Under the pieces are notes generated by a model. The model was given only the letters and a program-made list of their open reading frames with translations, did not search any database and had not been told where the DNA came from. A program made the translations under genes and the position numbers. Positions 50,985-64,000 of a DNA stretch of 64,000 nt are shown piece after piece; within the stretch, counting starts at the first letter, position 1, and each line of letters begins with the position of its first letter. Origin of the DNA: Octopus sinensis (taxonomy: Eukaryota); assembly GCF_006345805.1 (NCBI RefSeq), contig NC_042999.1:165602001-165666000 (forward strand). Direction: 5' to 3'.

Positions 50985-51430
50985 TGGACTACAGAAAATA
51001 TTCTGCTCAATTACGAGTTGTGCATGTTTCTTTGTGGCTGACGATATGTGCATCTCTGATCATGAGCAGAAGTAGTGGGGGAGCATCATAGCCATGTGTT
51101 GAGGGCAATTCTTTGGGATTTTAATACTTCACCTCTGGAAACATGGGTATTTCATTCAACATCCTTAAACGACCCTTATTCAGGGACCTTTTGAGTAGGC
51201 TGGGCTATGTGACCTGAAGAAAATTCTAACTGGGCCCTACCTGCAAGTCCATGTGTTATTTATCTTGATATGAGATCACCATATCACACACATATGGTTG
51301 TGATGCATGTGCCTGGTGTACCCTTATCAGATGGGTAGTCGTGATGGGTATACTGGGCTTCATATATTTTACCCCGGTGACACTTTGATGGCATGCACTG
51401 CTCTCTCGCTCAATATTAATAATAATAATA
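50985..51430 (+). mobile_element. SINE-like family C with (AAT)n tail
   Basis: ...gcagaagtagtgggggagcatcatagccatgtgttgag...gcactgctctctcgctcaatattaataataat. Confidence 0.85.
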
Positions 51431-51459
51431 AGAAGAAGAAGAAGAAGAAGAAGATGAAG

Positions 51460-51890
51460 AACCCTTTCTACTATAGGTACAAGACCTGATAGTTTGGAGG
51501 AAAGGAGCTAGTTACATCGACCCCAATACCCAACTGGTACTTATTTTATTGACCCCAAAAGGACAAAAGGAAAAATAAAGCTCAGTAGTATTTAAACTCA
51601 GAAGGTAAAACAGGATGAAAAGCTGCAAAGCATTTTACTTGATGTGCTAACAATTTTGCCAGGTCATGGGTTTAATAATAATAATGATCCTTTCTACTAC
51701 AGGCACAAAGCCTGAAATTTTGGAGAAGGGGCTGGTCAATTACATCAACCCCAGTGTTTCACTGGTACTTAATTTATCAATCGCAAAAGGATGAAAGGCA
51801 AAGTTGACCTTCGCAGAGTTTGAACTCAGAACATAGCGACAGGCGAAATAGCACTAAACATTCCCTCCAACGTGCTAATGAAGAAGACCT
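51460..51890 (-). mobile_element. Two tandem SINE family B copies
   Basis: ccctttctactataggtacaag... and cctttctactacaggcacaaagcc..., separated by (TAA)n. Confidence 0.82.
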
Positions 51891-52239
51891 GTCCAGCTCA
51901 ATAATAGCAACAGTAACTGGTAGGACTTGTGGAAATTCCACAGGGTAAGTCAGTATATTTGAAAACATTATGCTGTTATATCAAACATAAGTAAGGAATT
52001 TCAAAAAATTCTTTTGGAATCCTGCCATTTAATCAAATATAATCGAAATAAACTTAGAAGGTATTGATTATTTTCTTTCTTTTAATAATTCTGACAGATA
52101 TGATGTAAAACAATGATGATGATGATGATGTGCTTTATAGTTTAAGGAAATAAAAGATGAATTAAAATGATAAAACTTATTTGTATATAAAATTATTAAC
52201 CATCTTACAAACAATAACTCTGAGCACCTTTTCAAACTC

Positions 52240-52550
52240 CACCCGTCTAACACCCATGGACATATTTACAAAGTAAGAAAACAGCACAGCTCCCATGACT
52301 TTTGGAAACATTTTTTCATGCTAAGAGTTGCTGAAGCATGGAACAAACTGCCAGCATCAGTTGTTAGTTGTCGGAGCACTGCATCCTTCAAAACTTCCAT
52401 GCTCCCTGAGATTCGCCAACACTACACCTGATTTTCTCCCCTCCATACACACGCAAGCATGTATCTGACTCATACACTGTTCACTTTCCAGACTGCTTTA
52501 TATGCACTTTTGACAAGTTGTGGTCCACCTGAGCATTGTACACAATAATT

Positions 52551-52598
<48 letters not shown>

Positions 52599-52610
52599 TA
52601 TTATTATATG
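52240..52610 (+). pseudogene. CR1-like LINE extreme 3' end with (ATT)n tail
   Basis: HGHIYKVRKQHSSHDFWKHFF.LRVAEAWNKLPASVV..STASFK..*, then UTR and (ATT)n at 52553-52607. Confidence 0.85.
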
Positions 52611-53274
52611 TATAATTAAAAGTACACTTTTCGTAGTCTAACCACTACCAAGGCTCTGTCAAAGTTATATACCAACTGAGATTATTTTCATTTCTTTTCA
52701 ATTCAATTCAGTTCAGTTACATATCTTCTTCTATATTTATTAATATATCTCTCTATCTGCATAGCTTTTCATATATCTGTAGACTCACCTACCTATCTAG
52801 CTGACAAGCTAATTAACTATCATATCCGCATTCCCTTCTGTATCTGTCTACTCTCATAATACTGATAAGCATTTAAACCAAACGACAAAAGAAAAAAGGG
52901 AATAATGGTGGTGCCCCAGAATGTTGCTTTCTAAATTGATGTGCTACTATTAACAAACTTGAAAAGGACTTCCAAAGGTATGAAATAGGGGCAAAATGAC
53001 TGGGACAAGATGCTACCTTGCAGCACACCTCTGTTCTACATGTTGTTGATATACTATAAAAGATACCACATTTATTGTATTCAGGATGAACAGAAGTTAA
53101 CATTTATAGCTAAAAGAAAATAATATATCCTACTTTCGGTAGCTCACAGGCCATTGTCATTGCTACCCCACTGACCAGTGTCCGAACAGGAACGTCGTCA
53201 CTCCTGCTCATGCCTTCCGCTCTTGCTTGCGTGTTTCAATATATTTTACTTCCATAAAGCAATTTTTATATCTC

Positions 53275-53625
53275 TTATCTTTTACTTGTTTCAGCCATTA
53301 GACTGTGGTCATGCTGGAGCCTTGAAGAATTTTTAGTTGAATGAATCAACCCCAATACTTCTTTTTTCTTTTAAAGCCTGGTACTTATTCTGTCAGTCTC
53401 ATTTGCCAAACCGCCAAGTTATGGGGATGTAAACACACCAACAGTAGTTGTTAAGTGGTGGTGGTAGTGGTGGACAAACACAGACACAAAGTTACACTGC
53501 ACCCACAAGGCTTTGGTCAGCTCAAGGCTATAGTGGACAACACTTGCCCAAGGTGTCATGTAGTGGGACTGAACCTGGAACCATGTAGTTGGGAAGCAAG
53601 CTTCTTACCACACAGCCATGCCTGC
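53275..53625 (-). mobile_element. SINE family A
   Basis: Tail, core and head homologous to 54022-54416. Confidence 0.85.
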
Positions 53626-54021
53626 TGAAATTATATTTTGATATTCAGTATTTCTATACAACATGAACAAATAGAAAATAGTTTATCAATTTATTTATCA
53701 GTTTAGTAAGTAAATGCCATTTTATGTCCTACATCCTAAGAAAATGTCAAGTTGGTAACAGTAAAGTTGATGATATGGTATGTGTGTCATAGCCATAGTG
53801 GTAGTAGAAGCAGCACTAAAGAAAGTTACTGAGTGACTGGTTGCTAACCTTAAAAGATAAATAGCTTGAAGATTATTAACTTGGTACTTGTAACTTGGAG
53901 ACAGTCGCAACACCTCTTTACTTAACAGTGAATAAATGTGAAAACTAAAACACGAATATGAACTGCTTATGTTATCACATATTTCTGTTAACTCAAAAGG
54001 GTGTGGACAAACGACCTACTC

Positions 54022-54416
54022 TCTTACTCTTTACTTGTTTCAGTCATTTGACTGCGGCCATGCTGGAGCACCACCTTTAGTCGAGCAACTCGACCCTGGG
54101 ACTTATTCTTTGTAAGCCTAGTACTTATTCTATCGGTCTCTTTTGCCGAACCGCTAAGTGACGGGGATGTAAACACACCAGCATCGGTTGTCAAGCAATG
54201 CTAGGGGGACAAACACAGACACACAAACATACACGCACACATATATATATATACGACAGGCTTCTTTCAGTTTCCGTCTACCAAATCCACTCACAAAGCA
54301 TTGGTCGGCCCGGGGCTATAGCAGAAGACACTTGCCCAACATGCCACGCAGTGGGACTGAACCCGGAACCATGTAGTTCATAAGCAAGCTACTTACCACA
54401 CAGCCACTCCTGTGCG
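54022..54416 (-). mobile_element. Young full-length SINE family A with a candidate 7-bp TSD
   Basis: CpGs are retained; tRNA-like A and B boxes; cctactc at 54015-54021 and 54417-54423. Confidence 0.92.
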
Positions 54417-54492
54417 CCTACTCACATACATCCCTTTACATTCTGAGTTTAAATTCTGCTACAGCAACTTTGCCTTCATCCTAATGAGATTC

Positions 54493-55650
54493 ATCATCAT
54501 CATCGTTTAACGTCCGTTCTCCATGCTAGCATGGGTTGGACAGTTCGACTGGGATCTGGGAAGCCAGAAGGCTGCACCAGGCTCCAGTCTGATCTGGCAG
54601 TGTTTCTACAGCTGGATGCCCTTCATAACGCCAACCACTCCATGAGTGTAGTGGGTGCTTTTTACGTGCTACTGGCACAGGTGCCAGGTGAGGCTGGCAA
54701 CGGCCATGATTGGTTGGTGCTTTTTATATGCCACCGGCATGGAAGCCAGTCAAGGCGGAGCTGGCATCAGCCACATTCGGATGGTGCTTTTTATGTGCCA
54801 CCGGCACAGGGATCACAACTACAATTTCCATTGAAGTTGATGTACTTGACTCAATAGGTCTCCTCAAGCACAGGGTCAAAACAGTGTTTCTTTACTTGCC
54901 ACCTGCACAGGAGTCAGTCCAGTGGCACTGGCAATGGCCGGGTGCCAGTCATAGAATTTGGTTCAATTCCGATTCCGATTTCACTTGCCCCAACAAGTCT
55001 CCAAGGGAGGTGGGCATGGGTGCCAGTTGTCGGATGAAGATTTCACTTGCCTCAATAGGTCTTCACGTGTCCAAGGAAGGAAAGGCATGCATAAGTGGGC
55101 TGGCTACATCCCTGGCAAATGACATGGGATGGACTCACTTGTCCTGCCGGGTCTTTTCACGCACAGCATACTTCCAAAGGTCTCAGTCACTAGTCATTGC
55201 CTCGGTGAGGCCTAGTGTTCGAAGGTCGTGCTTCACCACCTCATCCCAGGTTTTCCTGGGTCTACCTCTTCCACAGGTTCCCTCAACTGCTAGGGATTGG
55301 CACTTTTTCACACACCTATCTTCATCCATTCTTGCCACATGACTATACCAGTATAGCCCTCTCTCTTGCGGAAGCTATCAACTACTTCTAGTTTTTCCCC
55401 CTGGAAAGTGACAGAAGATGTTTTCTGCAGATTTTCAGTGTTTATTGCTCCCGAGCATCTGCCACATACAAAAACTATCTTCCCAGTTAGCCTTCCTTTG
55501 ACATTGCTGCACCTCTTATGTGTCCATAGCTTACACTGGGTACATCTTATAGAGTTTCTACCTACGCCTTTTCTACAGATCAAGCATGGCCATCTACCTG
55601 AAGGCGTTTGTGGTTTGTCTACCTTCCTACTTATTAGGACTTTTGTTCAT
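54493..55650 (-). pseudogene. 5'-truncated, internally deleted RTE LINE with a PHD-like finger and full 3' UTR/(GAT)n tail
   Basis: KVLISRKVDKPQTPSGRWPCLICRKGVGRNSIRCTQCKLWTHKRC...CGRC; RGLYWYSHVARM..GTCGRGRPRKTWDEVV; tail gcatggagaacggacgttaaacgatgatg. Confidence 0.92.
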
Positions 55651-56460
55651 AAAATAAATATCAGTTATGTAATAGAGTTGATTTAATCAACAACATTCCT
55701 TATCAGAAATTTTTGTTAATGTTCCTGTATTAGAAATATTCAAATTTCTCTTGTTATTAATTTTGTTAGTATCTATACTCAGTTTCAAAAAATGGTCTTT
55801 AATAACTGATTGAATTAGACTTTTGTACATAAATTCCAATTAAAATGTTTGGTGAAATACTTTTGCATCATCTAGGGGATATCAATGAACCATATATGGA
55901 TATATTTTGTGACAAACTGAGAGACTTAGACCCTATTAGGGTCAACTAATCTGACCTCTAGTTGATTTCATTTATTATACTTGACATTTTATCTAATGCT
56001 TTTTTTCTATCCATTTTTTCTTCATTTGTTTTTACCACCTCATTTACTCATGTTTATTTAACTAAATATATATTCATCTAAATACAGTGTAGGAGTTTTG
56101 TAATGTACTACACATGTACAAATTATTACAGCCATCTACCCACACACATTCACACAGATGTATACACTTTTACTTGGTTATGAAGATTTTTCATGTGGCA
56201 AATTACTGTACCAAAATGAAGTAAGGAATTTAAGAATTCTTGAGTATAAAACACTTAACTCAAGTTTGTGAAAGTCATTATATGTTCAGAGAACAGTTGC
56301 CTGCTATGGAGTTGGTATATGCTTCATGCATATACATTTAAATCTAAATCAGTTGAGAGAATTGCCAGCCATATGCCTTATCTTAAAAGAGTAGAGAAAT
56401 GGTTTTAGAATGTCCCCTTAACCATACTGCTATGACTCAGAATATAATGTTTTATATATA

Positions 56461-57744
56461 TGAGGGTGGGTTGAAAAGTTCACAGATTGATGTGAAGGAG
56501 TGGTGCTAGAGCTGTGAAACCATGCCTCAATTAATTTCAACTCTTCTTATTCATAAGTGCATTGTTTCTTTCTCACTCATCTCACTCCTCAAAGAAGACT
56601 TTAAAAGTAATTAGTAGTGATGTCTCCTGAAAATGGACAAAATTTGGCATTGTAGTATTATCAAGTACATGCTGAAAAATGGTTTAACCCTGCCAATTTC
56701 CCCAGGACATTCATGCTGACATGGTTGTTACATTAGGGGATGATGCTCCAACTTTATCAACAATGCAAAAGTGGGCATCTGAATTTAGAAGGGGAAGGTA
56801 GAGTCTTGAAGATGACTCAAGGTTTGCACGTCTTGCAACTGTCACCACTGAGGAAAACATTGACCACATTCACCAGATGGTGATGAATGACAAGCAATTA
56901 ACTATAAATCAAATAGCCAATGTTATTAGCATATCCCATGAGATATTTGAGAATATTCTGCCCACTGAACTTGGCAGGATGATGATTTCTGCTCAGTGGG
57001 TGCCTCATCTTGTGACACCTGATCCAAAGTGCACTAGGCTGGTCACATCACAGAAAAATCTGACATAGTGTGAGGCAGATCTAGCTGGGTTTTTTAATGT
57101 TCTCTAACCTAGGATGAGTGTTGGCTTCACCACTTTAAACCAGAGGCAAAGTGACAATTCATGCAGTGGAAACATTTCTCTTTACTCATTCCAAAGAAGG
57201 CCAATGCCATTTCATCTGCAGGGAAGGTGATGCCCTCAGTTTTTTGGGATGCAGTAGGCATTGTGCTTATTGGCTATCTTCAAAAGGGCCACACCATCAC
57301 AATGCCAACTTGCTGAGGCAGTTACAAAAGGCTGTCAAAACTAAATGTCCATGAAAACTGATAGAAGGAGTCTTGTTTCATCAGGACAATGCCCCAGCAA
57401 ACAAATTCTTTGTTTCATTGGCCACTGTGCATAAACTGTGGCTTTGAACTGGTTGATCACCATCCCTAATCTCCTGATTGTACCCTATCTGGCTATCATC
57501 TGTTCTACAACATGGAAAGACACTTGGCTGTGAATCAATATCACAATGATGACGTCATATCTGCTGTTGATGACTTATTGGACCTACAAGTTAAAAGCTT
57601 CTTCACCAATGGGACCCAAGCACTGCAACATCAATGGAAGAAGTGTGTGGACTGCAAGGGGGACTATGTTGTAAAATAAACTGCAATTGGTCACATTCCA
57701 TGAGAGTATCTTGGTCAGCCTATGAACTTTTCAACCAACCCTCA
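56461..57744 (+). mobile_element. Full-length (1284 bp) decayed mariner, irritans/Himar1-like
   Basis: TIRs tgagggt(g/t)ggttgaaaagttca with TA TSDs. Transposase 56633-57679 with WVPHL, SAGKVMPSVFWDA and LFHQDNAP. Stops and frameshifts. Confidence 0.95.
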
Positions 57745-58218
57745 TATATAATGCATGGATCATGAAAAAGCCAACTAGAATTAAATATTGATTTCAAATT
57801 TTGGCATAAAGCCAGTAACTTCTGGATAGGGTCTAAGTCAATAACATCAACCCCAGTGTTCAGCTGGTACTTATTTCATCAACCTTGAAAAGCTGAAAGG
57901 TAAAGTCACCCCCAGCAACATTTGAACTCAGAATGTGAAGACAGATAAAATACTGCTAAGCATCTTGCCCAGCATGCTAACAATTCTGCTGGTTTGCCTC
58001 CTTCAACTGGAATGAAATACTGGGAAGAACTTTTGGCAAGTACAGAAAAAAAACAACTTCGGTTTGTCTTATATGAACCTCTTCAATGAAGCACAGCGTT
58101 CGTATTTATGTAATTAGTGATTAATGATTTACTAAGTAAATCTATAAAGACTGTATATCTATTGGCTGAGGAAAAATAAAATTGCTTAGAGAGAGAGAGA
58201 GAGAGAGTGTGTGTGTGA

Positions 58219-58250
<32 letters not shown>

Positions 58251-59031
58251 GTTATCAAGGAAGACAATGGCTTGGTTCACTGATGACTCAACATTTAGTA
58301 GAGGGATTGGTGAGGTCCAGTTATTAGAAATATATCGTGAATAGTTGTGATTGCGGCATTGGAATGATAAACCCTGGGATATTTGTGTAATTGTTGTCAG
58401 CTAACATGATTCTTATGATGTTTATAGTAAAAACTCGTGAACCACTTGTTATAAGTTAGTGTTTGTGTTTGTATAACTGTGTGGGTGTGATGTATGTGCG
58501 TACATGTGTATGTGTGCTATTTTCTGTGTCTGAGTGTGTATGTGCAGTGGGGTGTGAGGGAGTGTACTTTTGAGTGCAAAGGCTGGTTATGTAAAGGAAA
58601 ACCATAAGAGAAAAACGTACACACAAGGGAGCAGCAACCAACTTCAAGATATAATGCATTCCTGCTTTAAGTGATAGCTGGTACCTACCCAAACAGGAGA
58701 AGAATGAATGGAGGGGAGAAACAGGATTTCTCTCAGAGAAGGATAAACGAATTAGGTGTGGCAGCAGATGAAATATTACACTCTGCTTTAATTAGCAGTT
58801 GAGGGGTAAGTAAAGCAGTAGGGAGCAGAGAAAACGAACCACATGCATTCTGATTGGTTCTCCATCTACAAGGAAGTTTACATTTGTATCATTGTTGCTT
58901 CTATATTGGTTTTGTTTTGAAACATTTCTTTCCCAAAAGTCAATATATCTCTGGCGTATGTGTTCATGCATTTGTGTGTGTGTGTGTGTGTTTGTGTGTG
59001 TTTGTGTGTGTGTGTGTGTGTGTATGTTTGT

Positions 59032-59082
<51 letters not shown>

Positions 59083-60044
59083 TACTTACATGTAAGCATG
59101 TTTTCCTCTCTACCTTGCCTTTTTTCTCACTCTTTTCTCCCTTCGCCTGCTAACATATTCAGAGACAAAATAATGACAGAGTGACGGAGAGAAAAATAGA
59201 CTGCTTGTGGCTGTGTATGTGGGTGTGTGTGGGTGTGACAGACGGACAGACAGACAGACAAACAGGTAGATCAAAGAAGAAATGAGACAAAGTGACAGAC
59301 ATAAATTTTCACTGAAATGAACTAATAAATTAAACCTTTAGGAGAAGCTATAACTATTTATATTCTGATAAGTTTGAGAGGAAGGAACAGTGCCCCATGA
59401 TCTTTGGTTTGTGATTATGAAGTGGTTGAGAGATATTCATTTGAAACAGCACCAAATAGGAAATCCCAGAAAGTGAGACATGTTTGAGTGGTGGAATGAG
59501 GACATACAGGTGTGTTAAGTGGGCCTAGGTGTGGAAGGTATACAGCTAGTTGCTTCAGAGGAGTTGTTGTAGTAGTATTAGTAGAAGAGGAAGAAAGTAA
59601 AAACAGCACATCCGTTAACTAGTTATTGTAGTTCATTAGCATTGGTGCTGGTAAGTCTGAACAAATGAGTTGAATGGCCTTCTTTAATATGGTCCTGGAT
59701 GTTTGTGTTTCTAGCAGCACCACAACACTAGGCATGTTACTTGTACTTCCAGCAGGGATTGTATTTGTGTATTGTAGAGGTTCAGCAACTGATCATAGCT
59801 GAAATATTTCTAACACTGATGAGCAAATGTAGTCTATATTGCTAATTTCAACAACTGTTTTATAGCACAGCTAACTACAGTAGTGGTTATATAATCAACT
59901 ACATCGAATGCTATGCAACACATACATTTGCTATTATACAACCACATTAACATTTATGTAACTAATTACCGAAACTGTTGTGCAACTAACTTTCCAATGA
60001 AACCTTAATACATCAGCAGAGTTGCAATGTGAAATAAATGCTTT

Positions 60045-61024
60045 AGACTAGTCAGGCCATAACCTGTGGCCCCTACCTGGGACGTAGTCAGTCCACCTGT
60101 GCATACCTTCCTTCTTGTGACACTTGTGAAGACCTGTTGAGACAAGTGAAACTCAAAATCAAAATCAAATCAAATCAAATCAAAACAAATCAAAATAGAT
60201 GAACATTAATGGAATTTGTATCTTTGTGGTACCAGTGCCGGTGGCACACAAGAAAACCATCCGAACGTGGCCGCAGCCAGTACCGCATCGACTGGCCTCC
60301 GTGCTGTGGGCACGTAACAAACACCATCCGATCGTGGCCGTTCGCCAGCCTCATCTGGCACCTATGTCGGTGGCACATAAAAACACCATCCGAAGACCCG
60401 GCAAGACTAGTCAGGCCATAACCCGTGGCCCCTACCTGGGACGTAGTCAGTCCACCTGTCCTTACCTTCCTTCTTGTGACACTTGTGAAGACCTGTTGAG
60501 GCAAGTGAAAATCAAATCAAAACAAATCAAAATAGATGAACATCAATGGAATTTGTATCTTTGTGGTACCAGTGCCGGTGGCACGTGGCACACAAGAAAA
60601 CCATCCGAACGTGGCCATAGCCAGTACCGCATTGACTGGCCTCCGTGCTGTGGGCACGTAACAAACACCATCCGATCGTGGCCATTTGCCAGCCTCATCT
60701 GGCACCTGTGTCGGTGGCACATAAAAACACCATCCGAGCGTGGCCGTCTGCCAGCCTCGTCTGGCACCTGTGTCGGTGGCACATAAAAACCACCATCCGA
60801 GCGTGGCCGTTTGCCAGCCTCGTCTGGCACCTGTGTCGGTGGCACATAAAATCACCCACTACACTCTCGGAGTGGTTGGCGTTAGGAAGGGCATCCAGCT
60901 GTAGAAACACTGCCAGATCTGACTGGACTGGTGAAGCCTTCGGGCTCCCCAGACCCCAGTTGAACCGTCCAACCCATGCTAGCATGGAAAGCGGACGTTA
61001 AATGATGATGATGATGATGATGAT
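60045..61024 (+). mobile_element. RTE 3' UTR with a 359-bp tandem duplication, internal ~62-bp repeats and a (GAT)n tail
   Basis: agactagtcaggccataac at 60045 and 60404; ggcacataaaaacaccatccga... modules repeated at 60716-60850. Confidence 0.9.
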
Positions 61025-61329
61025 TTTCTCAAAATTTACTCATGACATATCTAGAAATGTAATTGAGAAAAGTAAATTAGACATTGTGAGAGCCCCCTTG
61101 GTTGAGGAAGATGTTCAGCTGGCAGTAGACACCTTCTGTGTGATACATTTAAAGTGAAATATAGTGTTGCACTAGCCATTATCTGTAGTAACTTTTCAGA
61201 CTCAAGGGCAACATCCAATGGCAAGATGGACCAAGATGCCTTGTAGGAGTATAGTTTATGGCTGAACCAGATTCGTCTGGTGCCTATTCCTGACATTTAA
61301 GTAAATTAATTAACGCAACCACTCCGTAA

Positions 61330-61498
61330 GCACCCACTACACTCACGGAGTGGTTGGCGTTAGGAAGGGCATCCAGCCGTAGAAACACTGCCAGATCTGA
61401 CTAGGCCTGATGAAGCCTTCCGGCTTCACAGACCCCAGTTGAACCGTCCAACCCATGCTAGCATGGAAAACAGATGCTAAACGATGATGATGATGATG
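61330..61498 (+). mobile_element. Short RTE 3' tail copy
   Basis: cacccactacactc..gagtggttggcgttaggaagggcatccagc...gcatggaaaac...gatgatg. Confidence 0.9.
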
Positions 61499-62139
61499 AA
61501 TTAGTGGACTGGTCAAGCAGATTACTGACTGCTAGATGAACTGGTTGGTGATTATTGGTTCTGAGACTGAACCAGATTCAACTGATATTGATTACTTCCG
61601 ACAGCTAAATGAACTAAGGTAACGTAAAGTAAAATATTTAAAGAATGAAAATAAGGATGGAGGAATAATGGAATGATAATGTGTTCCATTCTGTGAGTAG
61701 AATGGGTTTGAAACATAGTTACTGGTTCAGGCCCAGGTGGGCAGTGATCCAATCTAAGGATTTATCATCTCTCTTTGCTTCATTTAAGGTTACCAAATAC
61801 TAACAAACAAGAAAGAAGAGAGATAAAAAAAAAAGGAAAAGAAAGAAAAACAGTGGGTGAGTAAAGCAGCAGAAGATGGAAAGGGAAGGGGTGATGGGCT
61901 ATATACCCCCAGAAGAAATGGGGTGCTCAGCTACACCCTGCTGTAATGACCATGATATCTTTGCTGTAGAGAATGGCCAGCAGCACTCACTCAGCAGCCA
62001 CTTCATCTTTCAGGGCTCATTTCTCTAACAGGCTGCTGTTATCCCTATTTTGCAGAGGAAATCGGTTGTACAGGGTCCTAGAACACTTGACATCTCAATG
62101 GCAACTAGCACAGACTGATAGCAGCCCTCCAGGCCCCTA

Positions 62140-62655
62140 CCATCATCATCATCATTTAACGTTTGCTTTCCATGCTGGCATGGGTTGGACAGTTTGACTG
62201 AGAACTGGCAAGCCAGGGTGGCTACATCAGGTTCCAAGGTTTCTACAGCTGGATGTCCTTCCTAATGCCAACCACTCTGAGTGTAGTGGGTTCTTTTTAC
62301 CTGCCACCGGCACTGGCATCAACCACGATCAAACAGTGCTTTTTACATGCCACCAACATGGGTGCCAGTCAGGTAGCACCGGCATCAGCCACAGCAACGA
62401 TTTCACTTGACTCAACAGGTCTTCGCAAGCACAGCTTATTGCCCGACGATTGAAGGGTACCTTTAAATGGGCTGGTTATGTGACACAGGTATCAGCCACA
62501 GCTACAATCTCACTTGCCTTGCCAGGTCTTCTCAAGCATAGCATGTCTCCAAAGGTCTCAGTCACTTGTTATTGCCTCTGTGAGGCCCAATGTTCAAAGG
62601 TCGTGCTTCACCACATCATCCCAGATCTTCCTGGGTCTACCTCTTCCACAAGTTT
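62140..62655 (-). mobile_element. RTE 3' end fragment
   Basis: ORF end (GRGRPRKIWD..VKHDL) plus UTR and (GAT)n tail, reverse complement. Confidence 0.85.
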
Positions 62656-62784
62656 CCCCCCCCCCCCACTGTTAGGATGTCCACATTACAGGCAGTGACA
62701 CCTATGCTTGCAGCCAAAATGTTCTTCCTAACTACTTAATGAAACGCTAACAGTACAGATAAACCTATGACCTATGAGTGTAAT

Positions 62785-63875
62785 TCATTATAATAATAAT
62801 GAACTTATTGTATACAGTGCTCAGTTCCACTACGACTCATCAGAAAAAGTTGCATAAACAGTACTTAGAATAATGCACAGGAAGTGGACAATGAACAAGT
62901 TGGGGAAAAAAGGTAGGAACATCAGGTGTACTTTGTTGGATTTCAGGAATGATGGAAATTTTGAAGGGAGCAATGTCCCAACAGCCAACTACTGATGCAG
63001 ATGTTTTTTCTCCATGCTTCAGTAATTCTGAGCATGAAAAAAAATTTTACAAAAGTGATGGGTGTTGTGTTGTTTTTTTGATTTCTAAGCATGTCCATGA
63101 GTGTTAGACACAGAATTCAAAAAAGTGCCCAAGGTTTTTGTTGGAAAGATAATGGATAACCTTGTGATCGTCTACCAAGTAACTGCCGTACCTCAGAGCA
63201 AGATGCTCAGAGTATGGTAGATGCCTGACAGTGGGTATTTGTTTGGTTGCACGTTTCTAAACAGTTTCCAGGAGACTGATATCCTGAGCAAAATAGGGAT
63301 TCCAGACTGGTGATGCAAACTCTAAGTGTGAACATAACATAGTCATATACAATTTTAAAGATAGCTGGAGAGTGGCTGACAAAGGTCTTACTCAGTGTTA
63401 CTAAGACACTCTCAACCTTTTTGACAATTTTAGAGTTGTGGCTTGTCCAACACAAATTGCTGTTGACAATAATACCCAGGTCACATTCACTAACCGATTT
63501 CTGAAGAGGGAGTATGTAAAAGCTAAATTTTCCTCACAGAATGCATGATGGTGCACTTGTCCACAGCCAGCTTGAGTTACCAGTCAGTATTCCATTGCTC
63601 CATTGTGTCCAGGTCTGATTGCAGGAAAGATCCATAGTGTATAGGATCTGTTCTTTCTATCTCAAGGTACAGCTTGATGTCATCTGCATATTTCAACACT
63701 GCAACATTCAAGCTGGCATCTATATTATTAATATATGCAACAAACAACAGGGACCCAAGAATGGATCCCTATGCTAAACCAGATGCTGAATGCTGTCCTG
63801 GAACTGTGACTACTTCTTTTTGACTGAGAATGAAGGACTTCAACCAGTTATAAAAATTATCTTTCACATCCATTG
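62785..63875 (-). pseudogene. 5'-truncated CR1-like LINE (RT C-terminal half plus 3' end)
   Basis: GSILGSLLFVAYINNI..LKYADDIKLY..LQSDLD..W..DKC..MH..DLGIIVNSNL. The 3' end is homologous to 52240-52610 with an (ATT)n tail. Confidence 0.9.
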
Positions 63876-63915
63876 CAGAGGATTTTGACATTCTTTCACT
63901 CTCTCTCTCTCTTTC

Positions 63916-63949
<34 letters not shown>

Positions 63950-64000
63950 CTGCTCTGTATGTATGTGTGTGAAAGAGAGAGAGAGAGAGAGAGAGAGAGA

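Noticed and set aside
54340-54416. tRNA-like A and B boxes as tRNA genes
   Set aside because: They are SINE heads; no complete cloverleaf or acceptor stem.
54710-55342. 210-aa plus-strand ORF (also 60199-60786)
   Set aside because: Antisense or UTR reading of RTE sequence, not a gene.
61400-61435. CTGATGA followed by an AGCC/GGCT hairpin
   Set aside because: No GAAA follows stem II, and the same position in the sister copy (60925-60950) is ctggtga.

Overview
AT-rich, microsatellite- and transposon-saturated animal genomic DNA. The SINE/LINE families look like those of octopus; this is my recognition and was not database-checked. No host protein-coding gene, rRNA, true tRNA or CRISPR array can be supported. 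Nearly all listed ORFs are microsatellite read-throughs or decayed transposon frames. The window contains decayed non-LTR retrotransposons (L1/Tx1-like, RTE, CR1-like, R4/Dong-like RLE and Penelope-like), four mariner copies from three families, hAT- and piggyBac-type MITEs, two Helitron-like elements and dozens of SINEs from at least four families. The most unusual structures are: (i) a 43-bp x ~39 satellite that expanded inside a single TSD-bounded SINE; (ii) RLE retroelements embedded in (TAA)n and (CATA)n microsatellites, one with an inversion geometry resembling twin priming; (iii) a perfect 121-bp-arm palindrome; (iv) a fold-back inverted insertion inside a Penelope RT; (v) a Penelope-type minimal hammerhead remnant; (vi) a mariner built from two left ends; and (vii) several local duplications. 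SINE and LINE boundaries are approximate, about +/-20 bp unless TIR or TSD positions are stated.
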